Shown here piece by piece: positions 1 through 9,229 of a stretch of 64,000 bases of DNA. This DNA comes from an uncultured Gammaproteobacteria bacterium (GTDB lineage Bacteria > Patescibacteriota > Patescibacteriia > UBA1558 > GWA2-36-10): NCBI GenBank assembly GCA_964638415.1, contig CAZWYP010000005.1:4121-68120 (forward strand). The letters run 5' to 3'. Position 1 is the first letter of the stretch, and every line of letters begins with the position of its first letter. A program made the position numbers and the translations under genes. The notes under the pieces are model-generated. The model was not told where the DNA came from and searched no databases. It was given only the letters and a program-made list of their open reading frames with translations.

Positions 1-543
1 CTTGGGATCGCCAGTGGTGCCGGAAGTATAAACAATGGTATGGACATCATCTTCTTGCACCACCGAGTTAATTGGTCTGGTCTTACTGTCAGCTACTAAC
101 GCTGACCAGGAAATTATCCGCTCATGGTTATATTCAAGCTCTCCAGAAACGACAATGATCCTCTTCAGATCCAAACTATCAATTAAACTCTGGTATTTAA
201 GGTAATATTCGCTGTGGATCACCAAATAATCGCTGTTAGAGTGATTAACCACTCGCTTGATATACTCCTGATTGAAAGTGGTATGAATAGGCACGACAAT
301 TACTCCCAAGGTAGCAGCCGCCAAATCTGCCATAATCCACTCCGGACTATTAGGCAACATAATGGCGACTTTCTGACCCGCCTGCCAGCCGACCGACTGC
401 CAATAGGCGGCAATTTTCTGCCGCTGCTTATCTAACTCTAAATAAGTAATTTTTTTATACTCTCCTTTATGCAAAAATGCCAAGGCAGTCTTGCCATTGT
501 ATTGATGCACGATTTCCGCAAATTTTTGGGGAATAGTTAACAT
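1..543 (-). CDS. AMP-dependent long-chain acyl-CoA synthetase, 5' part (runs off the window start)
   Basis: Manual translation from ATG at 543: MLTIPQKFAEIV...KVAIMLPNSPEWIMADLAAATLGVIVVPIHTT...DDVHTIVYTSGTTGDPK, containing the AMP-binding signature YTSGTTGxPK. Confidence 0.9.
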   Translation of the reverse strand, partial: MLTIPQKFAEIVHQYNGKTALAFLHKGEYKKITYLELDKQRQKIAAYWQSVGWQAGQKVAIMLPNSPEWIMADLAAATLGVIVVPIHTTFNQEYIKRVVNHSNSDYLVIHSEYYLKYQSLIDSLDLKRIIVVSGELEYNHERIISWSALVADSKTRPINSVVQEDDVHTIVYTSGTTGDPK

Positions 544-547
544 AGCT

Positions 548-1354
548 TTAATGCTTTTTAATAAAATCCAAAATTTTGGTAAAGACAAAATCACGGCGGC
601 CGGATAAAACTGGATTGTGATCATGCTTGTTGAGAATATAGAGGCTTTTATCTGCTACTGTCAAATGATTAAATAAAAACTCCGAGCCGCGCGGATGGCT
701 GACTTCATCATCCCGCGAGTGGATAACCAGCACCGGCACTGTCACCTGGCTTAATTCTCTTTTGGTATAGTTGTCCAGAAAATGCGCCACCTTCCGCACT
801 GAACCCATAGTCAGCTGCACATGGCGGCCGATTTCCGGATAAACCCGCTTCTCTTCTTCCGTCAGCCAGCTCTTGGTATATACTGCATTGGGCATTAATC
901 TGGTAAAGGGCAATAAAAGCCGGCTTAAGATTTCTTTGCGCTTGTATAAAAAGATGCCTAAAGAAATAACTCCATTTAACACTTGCGGGTATTTAATAGA
1001 CAAATGCAAAGAAATATTAGCTCCCACTGAATAACCGATTAGAAAAATCCGGCTGTATTTATCCAGATTAGCCAATAAAACATTCTCAGCAGATTTAATC
1101 CAATCCTGATGATCAGTAGCCGCCAAAGTTTTCAAATCTGAACCATGCCCGGCCAATAGCGGCACTTCAACATCAATACCGTAAGCGGCCAGATTCTCCG
1201 CCAGCACATGCAAATCATAAGGCGAACCGCTGAAGCCATGGATTAAAATCGCCAGTGTATCATTATTGGGCTTGGCCATGATTTTAAACGGCCGGGCTTT
1301 GGCTGCCACGCCGTCAATGTCGGTATAAATCTTATTGGTCATTTCTAACATCAT
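548..1354 (-). CDS. Alpha/beta-hydrolase, carboxylesterase/monoacylglycerol lipase-like
   Basis: HGFSGSP, GHG, nucleophile elbow GYSVG, acid motif HSRDDEV and a C-terminal His. Confidence 0.85.
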   Translation of the reverse strand: MMLEMTNKIYTDIDGVAAKARPFKIMAKPNNDTLAILIHGFSGSPYDLHVLAENLAAYGIDVEVPLLAGHGSDLKTLAATDHQDWIKSAENVLLANLDKYSRIFLIGYSVGANISLHLSIKYPQVLNGVISLGIFLYKRKEILSRLLLPFTRLMPNAVYTKSWLTEEEKRVYPEIGRHVQLTMGSVRKVAHFLDNYTKRELSQVTVPVLVIHSRDDEVSHPRGSEFLFNHLTVADKSLYILNKHDHNPVLSGRRDFVFTKILDFIKKH

Positions 1355-1896
1355 TCCACTTTATATTTATTCTGCAGATATTTCTGGTAGGACTCATCAT
1401 GCTCCATCATCACCTGCAGCTGATCTCTCAGCCAATAGGCTTTTTTCCTTTTGGCATTACCGATTTTCCAAGCCAGATAATCGGATATCTTCTGGTTTAT
1501 CCGCAGGGTATATTTAATATTAGCCACTTCCTGTCCGGCCTGGCTGTCTAATTCTTTCAAAAATGAAGACAAATAACCGGGTAAATCCTGGCTCTGGTAG
1601 AAAATAACTTTAACCTTGTCCTTGAAATTGCTACGATCTTCCAAAGTCTCTACTGTTTTATCTGCTGTTCTTTTGGTCAATAAGCACAAGACCGGCTTGG
1701 CTTCTGCAATAGCTAAAGCAATAAAATAATTAGCGTCATTATCTAACTTGTCGCCCTGCACTACCAAAGCATCAACGCTGGACAAATCAGCTTCCTGATC
1801 TTTCTGAGTAGCAGCCCTAACACCAAACTTCTTCAATTGCTCATTGACCAGCTTAGTGTCTTGGTTCTCCTGATTGTAATAAAAATAAACAACCAT
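1351..1896 (-). CDS. Hypothetical protein: nucleoside-2-deoxyribosyltransferase-like Rossmann domain plus C-terminal ribbon-helix-helix-like domain
   Basis: DALVV...FIALAIAEAKPVLCL resembles the NDT/TIR-like fold; C-terminal KYTLRI..ISDYL.W.......KAYWLR fits an RHH pattern. Confidence 0.55.
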   Translation of the reverse strand: MVVYFYYNQENQDTKLVNEQLKKFGVRAATQKDQEADLSSVDALVVQGDKLDNDANYFIALAIAEAKPVLCLLTKRTADKTVETLEDRSNFKDKVKVIFYQSQDLPGYLSSFLKELDSQAGQEVANIKYTLRINQKISDYLAWKIGNAKRKKAYWLRDQLQVMMEHDESYQKYLQNKYKVE

Positions 1897-1899
1897 AAG

Positions 1900-2880
1900 C
1901 TAATTATATTCTCCGATGACATTAGCCATCATCTTATGATAAAAATCTTCGCGGCTATCGCTATTGGACAAAGCCCACATGGTTTTAACAATCGCGGTCG
2001 GCCAAGTGCAACCAAAAATTACCGGAATCTCCTGATCCGGCAGAAAATCTGCTCGGGCATAAATAGCTACCGGCAATTTAGCTTTGCGCAATAAGGCAAA
2101 TTTTTCTTTGGGCAGATCCGCAGAATTAACTTTAACTAATATTCCTTGGTATTTGCTAAGATCAACAGCTGTCCAGTCTAGCGATGAGCCGACAAAATCT
2201 TCAATGATTAATAAATTACTGTCAATTTTGTTATATACTTTTGGTTCCTTGAGAGAAAATTTCAAATTAGTCTTCAAACTAATACCAAAATCCACCTTGC
2301 CCCAGTAATTATCATCCACACTAGTAAAAACATTAGTACCATTCTGATTCTGCCAAATGGCTTTAACTCCCCACAACAGAGAATTACCGAACATAATCGC
2401 TGGCGCCGGCAAAGGCTGGCCGGCAATCTGCAGAGCATTAACTAAATTCGCTCTTAAACCCAAGCCCTTACGCTCTTTAATAAACTTAGATAATTGCTCT
2501 TTCTTGGTGGCCAAATAATTGCCGGACATCTGTGATCCCGTCACCACGATACTCACTGGGAAATCCTGCAAGAGAAAATTCAAAGCTAAAGAGGTATTAA
2601 CTATCTGCTCCGGCTTAGTGACAATAATAAATCCGGAAAATTCAGTTTGATGCTCTCTAATAAATTTAGCCTGCTGCTGCCAAGTCTTTGGGGATAATTC
2701 CGCTGTTTCCGGAGCAATAACCATAACCTGCAATTCACCTAAAATATTCAACTCCGGCATGGTTTTCAGCCAAGGCTCAACATCCTTAGCTTCATTAACC
2801 ATAAACAAAGCATCGTCCTTGTCAGTTGTCCAAGTACCGCCAGATAATAACAAAGCTATTTTTTTCTTGCTTTTAGGCAT
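1900..2880 (-). CDS. L-asparaginase type I-like protein with degenerate active site
   Basis: LSGGT and VVTGSQ motifs present; HGTDT replaced by TKPEQ; start taken at ATG 2880. Confidence 0.7.
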   Translation of the reverse strand: MPKSKKKIALLLSGGTWTTDKDDALFMVNEAKDVEPWLKTMPELNILGELQVMVIAPETAELSPKTWQQQAKFIREHQTEFSGFIIVTKPEQIVNTSLALNFLLQDFPVSIVVTGSQMSGNYLATKKEQLSKFIKERKGLGLRANLVNALQIAGQPLPAPAIMFGNSLLWGVKAIWQNQNGTNVFTSVDDNYWGKVDFGISLKTNLKFSLKEPKVYNKIDSNLLIIEDFVGSSLDWTAVDLSKYQGILVKVNSADLPKEKFALLRKAKLPVAIYARADFLPDQEIPVIFGCTWPTAIVKTMWALSNSDSREDFYHKMMANVIGEYN

Positions 2881-2898
2881 TATTAGCAATATTTATAA

Positions 2899-3059
2899 GC
2901 CGTCTTTCTCTATCGCCGTCTTTATTTTTATCCTAATAAATATACAATAATTTGTCAATTACCTATAAAAAGCCTTTAAAAAAGCTGTTGACAAGTTTTT
3001 TATAAATGATATATTAAAAATATAAACATTGCCGTCAATTGTGTTTAGACGGCGATAGA
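2899..3059. promoter_or_regulatory. Divergent sigma70 promoters flanked by a 13-bp inverted repeat and GCCGTC repeats
   Basis: Plus TTGACA(2988)-17-TATATT; minus TTGACA(2958)-17-TAGGAT; TCTATCGCCGTCT 2909-2921 is the exact reverse complement of AGACGGCGATAGA 3047-3059. Confidence 0.75.
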
Positions 3060-3289
3060 ATGTTCTTTTCACCACACTCTACTCAACACTCTCTAATGAA
3101 TTCTCCAAAAAACCATGAGGCGAAAATGAGAATAGTCACTATACTCGAGGGAATTTTTTTAATGTGGTCAGATAACCCTCGCTGGCCAAAAGATTACGGT
3201 CATCACGACTAACGACCGAACACACCTAAAAACGTGTCGGTAATTTTCATCAACCGCCAATAATTTATTGGCAGAAAGTGTTAAGTAGT

Positions 3290-3556
3290 ATGAACAGCAA
3301 CGGACAAAATCCCCCAATGGAGTTCGGTGTACAACCCGACGACAAGCAAGAATTGCGCAAAATTCAGTTTGCAGAAACTGACTTCGTGAAGGCCAGGCAA
3401 ACTCTAATGCGCAGAGTGTGTGTTCAGGTCGCGCGGAAAGAAGGCGCCGTCGCTGTCCGCGATTCCAAAGATGAATCACGGACGACTCTCCTGTTCAGCA
3501 ACGAGGAGTGGAAAGTTTTTGTCGAAGGCGTGAAAGCAGGTGAATTCGACGTATAA
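3290..3556 (+). CDS. DUF397-family protein
   Basis: CVQVA...VAVRDSKD....LLFSNEEWKVFVEGVKAGEFD matches the DUF397 signature. Confidence 0.85.
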   Translation: MNSNGQNPPMEFGVQPDDKQELRKIQFAETDFVKARQTLMRRVCVQVARKEGAVAVRDSKDESRTTLLFSNEEWKVFVEGVKAGEFDV

Positions 3557-3658
3557 ATCAATACGTCGATTAACCACATCTCACGCACGCAAATCTGTGG
3601 GTAAAATATAATTTTTGCCCACTTTTTTTTAAAAAAATTATATGTTAAAATATTAATT

Positions 3659-4393
3659 ATGGAAAAAAATATTAAAATTAAAATTTCAAAAAAACTATCA
3701 ATATACGGAAAGTTTAATGGATCATACAAACAACCTCTCTTTATAATTATCCACGGCTTAACTGGTAATATGGATGAGGAACTTTACCAATCAGCAACTC
3801 ACTGGTTTAGAAAAAATGGTTTTTCAACATTCCGCTTTAATTTATACTCCTACCAAAAAGATGCTAGGCAACTTATGAATTGCACTCTAAAAACCCACAG
3901 TAAAGATTTAGATAAGATAGTCAATTATTTTAAAAATAAGGGTGTACAAAATATATTTATCGCCGGACATAGTTTTGGTGGTCCAGTAATATTAGGCTCA
4001 AAAAAACAAAACTTCAATGCCGCCGTACTTTGGGATCCGACTTACAAAATATCTTTCATAAAAAAAGCTTATGGATTTCCAAAAGGAAAATATGTCAAGG
4101 AATTAAAAGCGTATATTACGAAATGGGGAGTTAATTTTGTTATAAGCAGAGCAATGGCAAAAGAAGTAGAGTCTTTTCCTCAGTCTTTAGCAGTAAAAGA
4201 ATTTAATATTCCCTTTCAAATAATCCTAGCCGGCGCTGGTGTACTACATCAGGCTAAAAAATATCTAAGGGGTGTAAAAGTTGAACATGATTTAATAATT
4301 ATAAAAAACGCGACTCATTATTTTAATGATACAAAAGATATGCGTAAAAAAGTTTTTAGATACTCAATGGAATGGTTTAAAAAATTTATGTGA
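3659..4393 (+). CDS. Alpha/beta-fold hydrolase
   Basis: IIHGLTG, GHSFG nucleophile motif, ATHYF His motif. Confidence 0.85.
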   Translation: MEKNIKIKISKKLSIYGKFNGSYKQPLFIIIHGLTGNMDEELYQSATHWFRKNGFSTFRFNLYSYQKDARQLMNCTLKTHSKDLDKIVNYFKNKGVQNIFIAGHSFGGPVILGSKKQNFNAAVLWDPTYKISFIKKAYGFPKGKYVKELKAYITKWGVNFVISRAMAKEVESFPQSLAVKEFNIPFQIILAGAGVLHQAKKYLRGVKVEHDLIIIKNATHYFNDTKDMRKKVFRYSMEWFKKFM

Positions 4394-4442
4394 ATCAATA
4401 TTATTTTAAGATAAATAGAATAGTAATTATGTATTATTTATA

Positions 4443-4889
4443 ATAAAAAAACTGAGTAAAAACATAAAAACCATATTATCCATATTGCAGGATGAAGTGA
4501 ATGGAGATGCTAAATCTGCCTTAGCTAAGCTTGCTAAAGATTACTCAATGACCTGGGTATATCAAGGTAGGAAAACACTATTTCCAAAAACTTTCAAGAA
4601 TATTAAGAAAGAATTATCTCAAACATATCATATCAAGGGAAGAAAATATGAGATATTTAACATTGCAGAAAACAAAGATGCTGTCATGTTAGAATTAGTG
4701 GAAAGTTATCCTGATCCAAAAAATAAAAAAATTTATCGCACACCATTGGTTTTAGTATTGGAAATGGAGAAGGGTAAAATAAAAACTGGCCGGCATTATT
4801 GTGACCCCAGGCTTTCTTTTATGTATTTAAACCAAAACCAAATAAAAAAAGCACTGAAAAATAAAAAACCAATATTAACAATAAAATAG
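4443..4889 (+). CDS. SnoaL/NTF2-like protein, start uncertain (ATA 4443 or TTG 4485)
   Basis: LVLVLEMEKGKIKTGRHYCD C-terminal pattern of the NTF2-like fold; frame stays open upstream to a TAG at 4416 with no ATG. Confidence 0.55.
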   Translation: MKKLSKNIKTILSILQDEVNGDAKSALAKLAKDYSMTWVYQGRKTLFPKTFKNIKKELSQTYHIKGRKYEIFNIAENKDAVMLELVESYPDPKNKKIYRTPLVLVLEMEKGKIKTGRHYCDPRLSFMYLNQNQIKKALKNKKPILTIK

Positions 4890-4909
4890 CTCTGCTAATC
4901 AGAGCTATT

Positions 4910-6295
4910 TTAAATCCTCATTTTCACTGCTTTTTGTCCTTCTTTAGTATCTTGTACTGCTATCCCCTGTCCAGCTAAATCTTCCCTTAATTTATCCGCT
5001 AATTCCCAATTTTTCTCATTCTTAGCCTTTAGGCGCTGAACTAATAATTCCTGTGCTTCCGCAGGTAACATTAAGGCCTGCTCCCGCAATATTTTCAAAT
5101 TCAAGCCCAAAACTTCATCCATTCGGTAAATAGTAGCCAGCTTCCGGCTGCTATCCATATCCAAAGCTATGGTTTCCTGCAATACTGCCAAAGCTTTGGC
5201 AATGTTCAAATCATCAGCTAAAGCATTATTAAACTTATCCAGCTGTTCAGTTATTATTTCTCCCGGTTCATTATACCAAACAATTTCACCGACAATACTA
5301 GTTAACCCGGCAACAGCAGCGGCTAAAGCTTCCCAAGTGAAATTCATCGGCTTGCGGTAATGCGTCTGCAATACTAAATAACGGTAAGCTAAGGGAGAAA
5401 GCTTCTTTGCCTGCAAATCCTGCAGAGTAATAAAGCTGCCGAGAGATTTTGACATCTTGCCATCCATGAATTTCACAAAATCATTATGCAGCCAATACCG
5501 AGCCTGCACTTTGCCAGTCACCGCTTGGCTTTGCGCCATCTCATTGGGATGATGGATAGTTAAGTGATCCACGCCGCCGGTATGAATGTCAAAGGTATCT
5601 CCTAAATTTAATCGGCTAATAACCGAACACTCTAAATGCCAACCGGGAAAACCCTTGCCCCATGGCGAATCCCATTCCATATCCCGCTGCGGACTATTAG
5701 CTGGAGAAAATTTCCAAACCGCAAAATCTGCCGGATGCTTTTTTTCCGGATTAACTGCCACCCTAGCCCCAGCTTGAATCTGCACTTGACCTAAATTAGC
5801 CAACCGGCCATAATCTGCTGATTTAGCCGTGTCAAAATAAAGGCCGTCCGCTAATCGGTAAAGAAATCCCTTACTTTCCAATTCTTTGACAAAGTCTATT
5901 TGCTCTTTGATGCAAGCGGTGGCTCGGACAAATTTAGTCGGCGGCAGAATATTAAGCTCCTGCAAGCCATCCTGAAAAACTTTAATAAAAAAGTCGGCAA
6001 TCGCCCAAGCATCTTTACCGGTACGCTGACTAGCTAGCTGCATCTTATCTTCGCCATCATCGGCATCTGAGGTTAAATGGCCGACATCGGTAATATTCAT
6101 AATATGATTAACTGCATAGCCTTGGCTTGATAAGAATCTTTTCAGCACATCCCAGACAATATATGCCCGCCAATTCCCGATATGAGGGTAATCATAAACA
6201 GTAGGTCCACAGCTATATAAACCAACTTGCCCGGATTTTAACGGAGCAAATTCCTCTTTTTGCTTGCTTAAGCTGTTAGTTAAGTATATTTTCAC
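4910..6295 (-). CDS. cysS: Cysteine--tRNA ligase
   Basis: CGPTVYD, HIGN, GFPGWHLECS, KMSKS; GTG start. Confidence 0.97.
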   Translation of the reverse strand: MKIYLTNSLSKQKEEFAPLKSGQVGLYSCGPTVYDYPHIGNWRAYIVWDVLKRFLSSQGYAVNHIMNITDVGHLTSDADDGEDKMQLASQRTGKDAWAIADFFIKVFQDGLQELNILPPTKFVRATACIKEQIDFVKELESKGFLYRLADGLYFDTAKSADYGRLANLGQVQIQAGARVAVNPEKKHPADFAVWKFSPANSPQRDMEWDSPWGKGFPGWHLECSVISRLNLGDTFDIHTGGVDHLTIHHPNEMAQSQAVTGKVQARYWLHNDFVKFMDGKMSKSLGSFITLQDLQAKKLSPLAYRYLVLQTHYRKPMNFTWEALAAAVAGLTSIVGEIVWYNEPGEIITEQLDKFNNALADDLNIAKALAVLQETIALDMDSSRKLATIYRMDEVLGLNLKILREQALMLPAEAQELLVQRLKAKNEKNWELADKLREDLAGQGIAVQDTKEGQKAVKMRI

Positions 6296-6392
6296 TCTCT
6301 TATTTTAACAGAAAATGCTGAAAATTAAAAACTCCAAACAAAAATCCCCGCGACCGGAATTGCTGCTGCAATTCAAGCTGCGGAGATTATCT

Positions 6393-7001
6393 TCACTGGA
6401 GAAAATGGCCAGCATGGGTGACTCTGACTTTCTCACCGTTATTCATCATTACCTGGCCAAAGCCATTATGGAATGGCCAGGCCGTCAGAAAAGACTGGTT
6501 GCGGATCAGAGGTGAGCCCATCATGGTGATATAGATATAGCGGCCGTTCTTTTGCCTGGCCACAGCTAAACCGTCATGGAATTCACCCACCTGCTCAAAG
6601 CCGACAAAAGGATTGAGACCCTTGACATTGATGTAGAAAAAATCACCTCGCCATTCCTGTGCCCTGGACTTAACCTCCACTCGCGCTAAGCCATGGCAGA
6701 AATCATGGGCAGTATCGAAAGTTTGACCCTTGAATGCCGGTTTACCGTCATAAGTCAGATAAGTCCAACGCAAGTCGCGGTCTTGGTAAAAACAAGCTGC
6801 GCGGAAACCGTCATAGACTTCGCCGATATAGCTATAATCTCGCTGACTGCATTTCTTGCCGAACTTGTCTACGATAAAACAGCGACCATTGACGGTAATT
6901 GAACGATAACCTCGGTAGGGTGCGCTAATATAATCAGCGCGATACTGTGATTTAATCTCTTCGGCAGTCAATTCCACTTTACCAGCTGATTGATGTCTCA
7001 T
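6393..7001 (-). CDS. WG-repeat-like protein (orphan)
   Basis: Repeated F-x-D/H-G-L/F-A units (DFCHGLARV, EFHDGLAVA, PFHNGFGQV) with Y-I-N/T-x-x-G; SD-like AAGGGAGAAGG. Confidence 0.75.
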   Translation of the reverse strand: MRHQSAGKVELTAEEIKSQYRADYISAPYRGYRSITVNGRCFIVDKFGKKCSQRDYSYIGEVYDGFRAACFYQDRDLRWTYLTYDGKPAFKGQTFDTAHDFCHGLARVEVKSRAQEWRGDFFYINVKGLNPFVGFEQVGEFHDGLAVARQKNGRYIYITMMGSPLIRNQSFLTAWPFHNGFGQVMMNNGEKVRVTHAGHFLQ

Positions 7002-7157
7002 TGCCTTCTCCCTTTGATTTACTCAATGAACTGTTTTGATTTTCTGATTATTACCACAAAAAACATTAAAAGTCAAAGCAGTATTGACTATTTACCCTAC
7101 TTTTACTAAACTTTTATTTTCCAGCGTTCTTAATAAGCAATAATCCAGGGAGAACTT

Positions 7158-7502
7158 ATGGCTCAATCTAAAAAAACCCGCTGGCTGACATCATTAGCTT
7201 TGCTAATCGGTGGCCTTGCCTTCGGCTATTACCTCAGTCTCCAGGAAGGTTGGATTTACTTAACAGCCATTTCTGCCGGCATGCTACTGGGACTAACTTT
7301 GGGCCTTAAGTATTCCTGGTGGTTGGTGACCGGAGTATTTTTAGGGTCATTACCTATTATGCTGATGCGCTGCTTAATTCTGTACAACATCAAGCAAATT
7401 TCCCTGCTGCAGTTTCTGGTCATGATGACTATCCTTCCTCTATTTGCTGCTGGCGGCGCTTGGTTTGGGCAATCTCTGCGCAAACCAAGAATCTCCCAAT
7501 AA
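7158..7502 (+). CDS. Small integral membrane protein (about 4 TM)
   Basis: Hydrophobic helices; GGGAGA upstream of ATG. Confidence 0.65.
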   Translation: MAQSKKTRWLTSLALLIGGLAFGYYLSLQEGWIYLTAISAGMLLGLTLGLKYSWWLVTGVFLGSLPIMLMRCLILYNIKQISLLQFLVMMTILPLFAAGGAWFGQSLRKPRISQ

Positions 7503-7521
7503 CTAAGGATTCTCAAAATCT

Positions 7522-7554
7522 AAAAAACCCTATACCACGACGGTACAGGGTTTT
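7522..7554. terminator. Bidirectional intrinsic terminator
   Basis: AAAACCCT.TACC / GGTA.AGGGTTTT hairpin between convergent genes. Confidence 0.7.
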
Positions 7555-7570
7555 GTCTTTTAAAAAATAT

Positions 7571-8578
7571 TTATCCAATTTCCTTAGCCATTTCTACCAG
7601 TCTATTAGCATAACCCCATTCATTGTCATACCAAGCAATAATTTTCACCAAATCCCCACCAATAACCTTGGTTAAAGACAAATCAACAATAGATGAACGC
7701 GGATCCCCGATAAAATCCGAGGAAACTGCCGGTGCGGAAGTTACTCCTAAAATTCCCTGGTAATTCTTCTGCTTACTGGCATTAATTAAAGCCTTATTTA
7801 CCTGTTCTACCGTCACTTTCTTCTTTAAGACAAAAGTAATATCAGATAGAGAAACCACCGGGGTGGGAACCCTAATGGACAAACCGTCAAACAAGCCGGC
7901 TAATTCCGGTATTACCTGAGCGGTGGCAATTGCCGCGCCAGTGGTAGTCGGTACCATATTAAGACCAGCAGATCGCCCGCGGCGCAAATCCTTATGCGGA
8001 CCATCCACTAAGCTTTGGTCAGCAGTATATGAATGAATAGTAGTCATCACGGCTTTGGCCACTCCAAATTTATCCACCATCACTTTCGCTACCGGTGCCA
8101 GACAATTAGTAGTACAGGAAGCATTGGAGATTACCGACTGTTTTTTATATCCCTGCTGATTGACTCCCAAGAGAAAAGTCGGCACGTCCCCTGCTCCTTT
8201 GGTTGGTGCGGAAACTATTACCTGCCGAGCACCCGCCCGGATATGATCATAAGCAGCATTGTCTTTGACAAACCGACCAGTGCATTCTAATACAACATCT
8301 ACCTGCAGTTTTTTCCAAGGCAGTTTTTTCGGCTCCGGCTGAGCAGTAATTAAATACTTCTTGCCGCTAATTATTAAGTGCTGGCCAACTGCTTTAACTG
8401 CTTTGGGAAAAGTGCCGTAAACTGAATCATACTGCAAGAGATAAGCTAAAGTTTCTACTGGAGCTAAATCGTTAATCGCTACCACTTCATAATTTTTCTT
8501 GGCCAGCATGATCTTAAAAGCTGCTCGGCCAATCCGGCCAAAACCATTAATCGCTACTCTTACTTTTTTAGTTGCCAT
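7571..8578 (-). CDS. gap: Glyceraldehyde-3-phosphate dehydrogenase, type I
   Basis: INGFGRIGR, SNASCTTNCLAP, WYDNEWGY. Confidence 0.97.
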   Translation of the reverse strand: MATKKVRVAINGFGRIGRAAFKIMLAKKNYEVVAINDLAPVETLAYLLQYDSVYGTFPKAVKAVGQHLIISGKKYLITAQPEPKKLPWKKLQVDVVLECTGRFVKDNAAYDHIRAGARQVIVSAPTKGAGDVPTFLLGVNQQGYKKQSVISNASCTTNCLAPVAKVMVDKFGVAKAVMTTIHSYTADQSLVDGPHKDLRRGRSAGLNMVPTTTGAAIATAQVIPELAGLFDGLSIRVPTPVVSLSDITFVLKKKVTVEQVNKALINASKQKNYQGILGVTSAPAVSSDFIGDPRSSIVDLSLTKVIGGDLVKIIAWYDNEWGYANRLVEMAKEIG

Positions 8579-8640
8579 AAATAAAATTTTAATTATTACT
8601 TTATTATTATAGCAAATTGGCTAAATAAAATCTAACCAAA

Positions 8641-8675
8641 AAGAAAAGCCCCTACTCTATTTAAGAGCAAGGGCT
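8641..8675 (-). terminator. Intrinsic terminator of the orphan receiver gene
   Basis: Minus strand AGCCCTTGCTCT-loop-AGAGTAGGGGCT followed by a T-tract. Confidence 0.7.
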
Positions 8676-8695
8676 AAGATACTGAACAAGACGGA

Positions 8696-9088
8696 TCAAG
8701 CCGCTTGGTGTAATAGTCTCTGCACCGAATCAAAGAATTCGACAAGCCTAAAAGGCTTAACCAGCATCAGGTCTGGAGTCTCTTCCGGTGGACGCTTGCG
8801 CACCTCCCAAGGCTTGCCGGTCATCAAGATGGTTCGGATAGAAGGATATAATGCCTTAATTTCGGCAATGGCATCATCACCGTTTTTTCCAGGCATATGG
8901 CAATCCGAAACTACCAGCTCAACTGGATGTTCAGAAACCAATTGGCACAATTCCTCTCCATTAGAAACTTTGCCAATTTCATTATCCGTTAAACCGATAT
9001 TAGCCTGTAGAAGAATCTTCGCCACCAGTTCTCGGGATGGTTCATCGTCATCAGCTACTATGACTCGGAATTTTTTTTCCGTCTCCAT
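8696..9088 (-). CDS. Stand-alone response regulator receiver (CheY-like)
   Basis: ADDD, phospho-acceptor SDCHMP, MT and KP motifs; ATG 9088 with GAAAGG. Confidence 0.88.
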   Translation of the reverse strand: METEKKFRVIVADDDEPSRELVAKILLQANIGLTDNEIGKVSNGEELCQLVSEHPVELVVSDCHMPGKNGDDAIAEIKALYPSIRTILMTGKPWEVRKRPPEETPDLMLVKPFRLVEFFDSVQRLLHQAA

Positions 9089-9166
9089 GATCTGCCTTTC
9101 TATTGAAAATAACACAAATTATTAGGAATATACCATAAAAAAATGATTCTGTCAATCCTTGTATAT

Positions 9167-9207
9167 AAAAAGAAGCCCCTAACAAGTATGGAACTTGCTA
9201 GGGACTT
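9167..9207 (-). terminator. Intrinsic terminator
   Basis: Minus strand AAGTCCCTAGCAAGT-loop-ACTTGTTAGGGGCTT then a T-tract. Confidence 0.7.
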
Positions 9208-9229
9208 GGGGCGATCTGACGCGGGAGAG

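Noticed and set aside
3047-3075. Fluoride riboswitch (GGCGAT start)
   Set aside because: GGCGATAG is not followed by the pairing CGCC segment, and no fluoride-related gene follows
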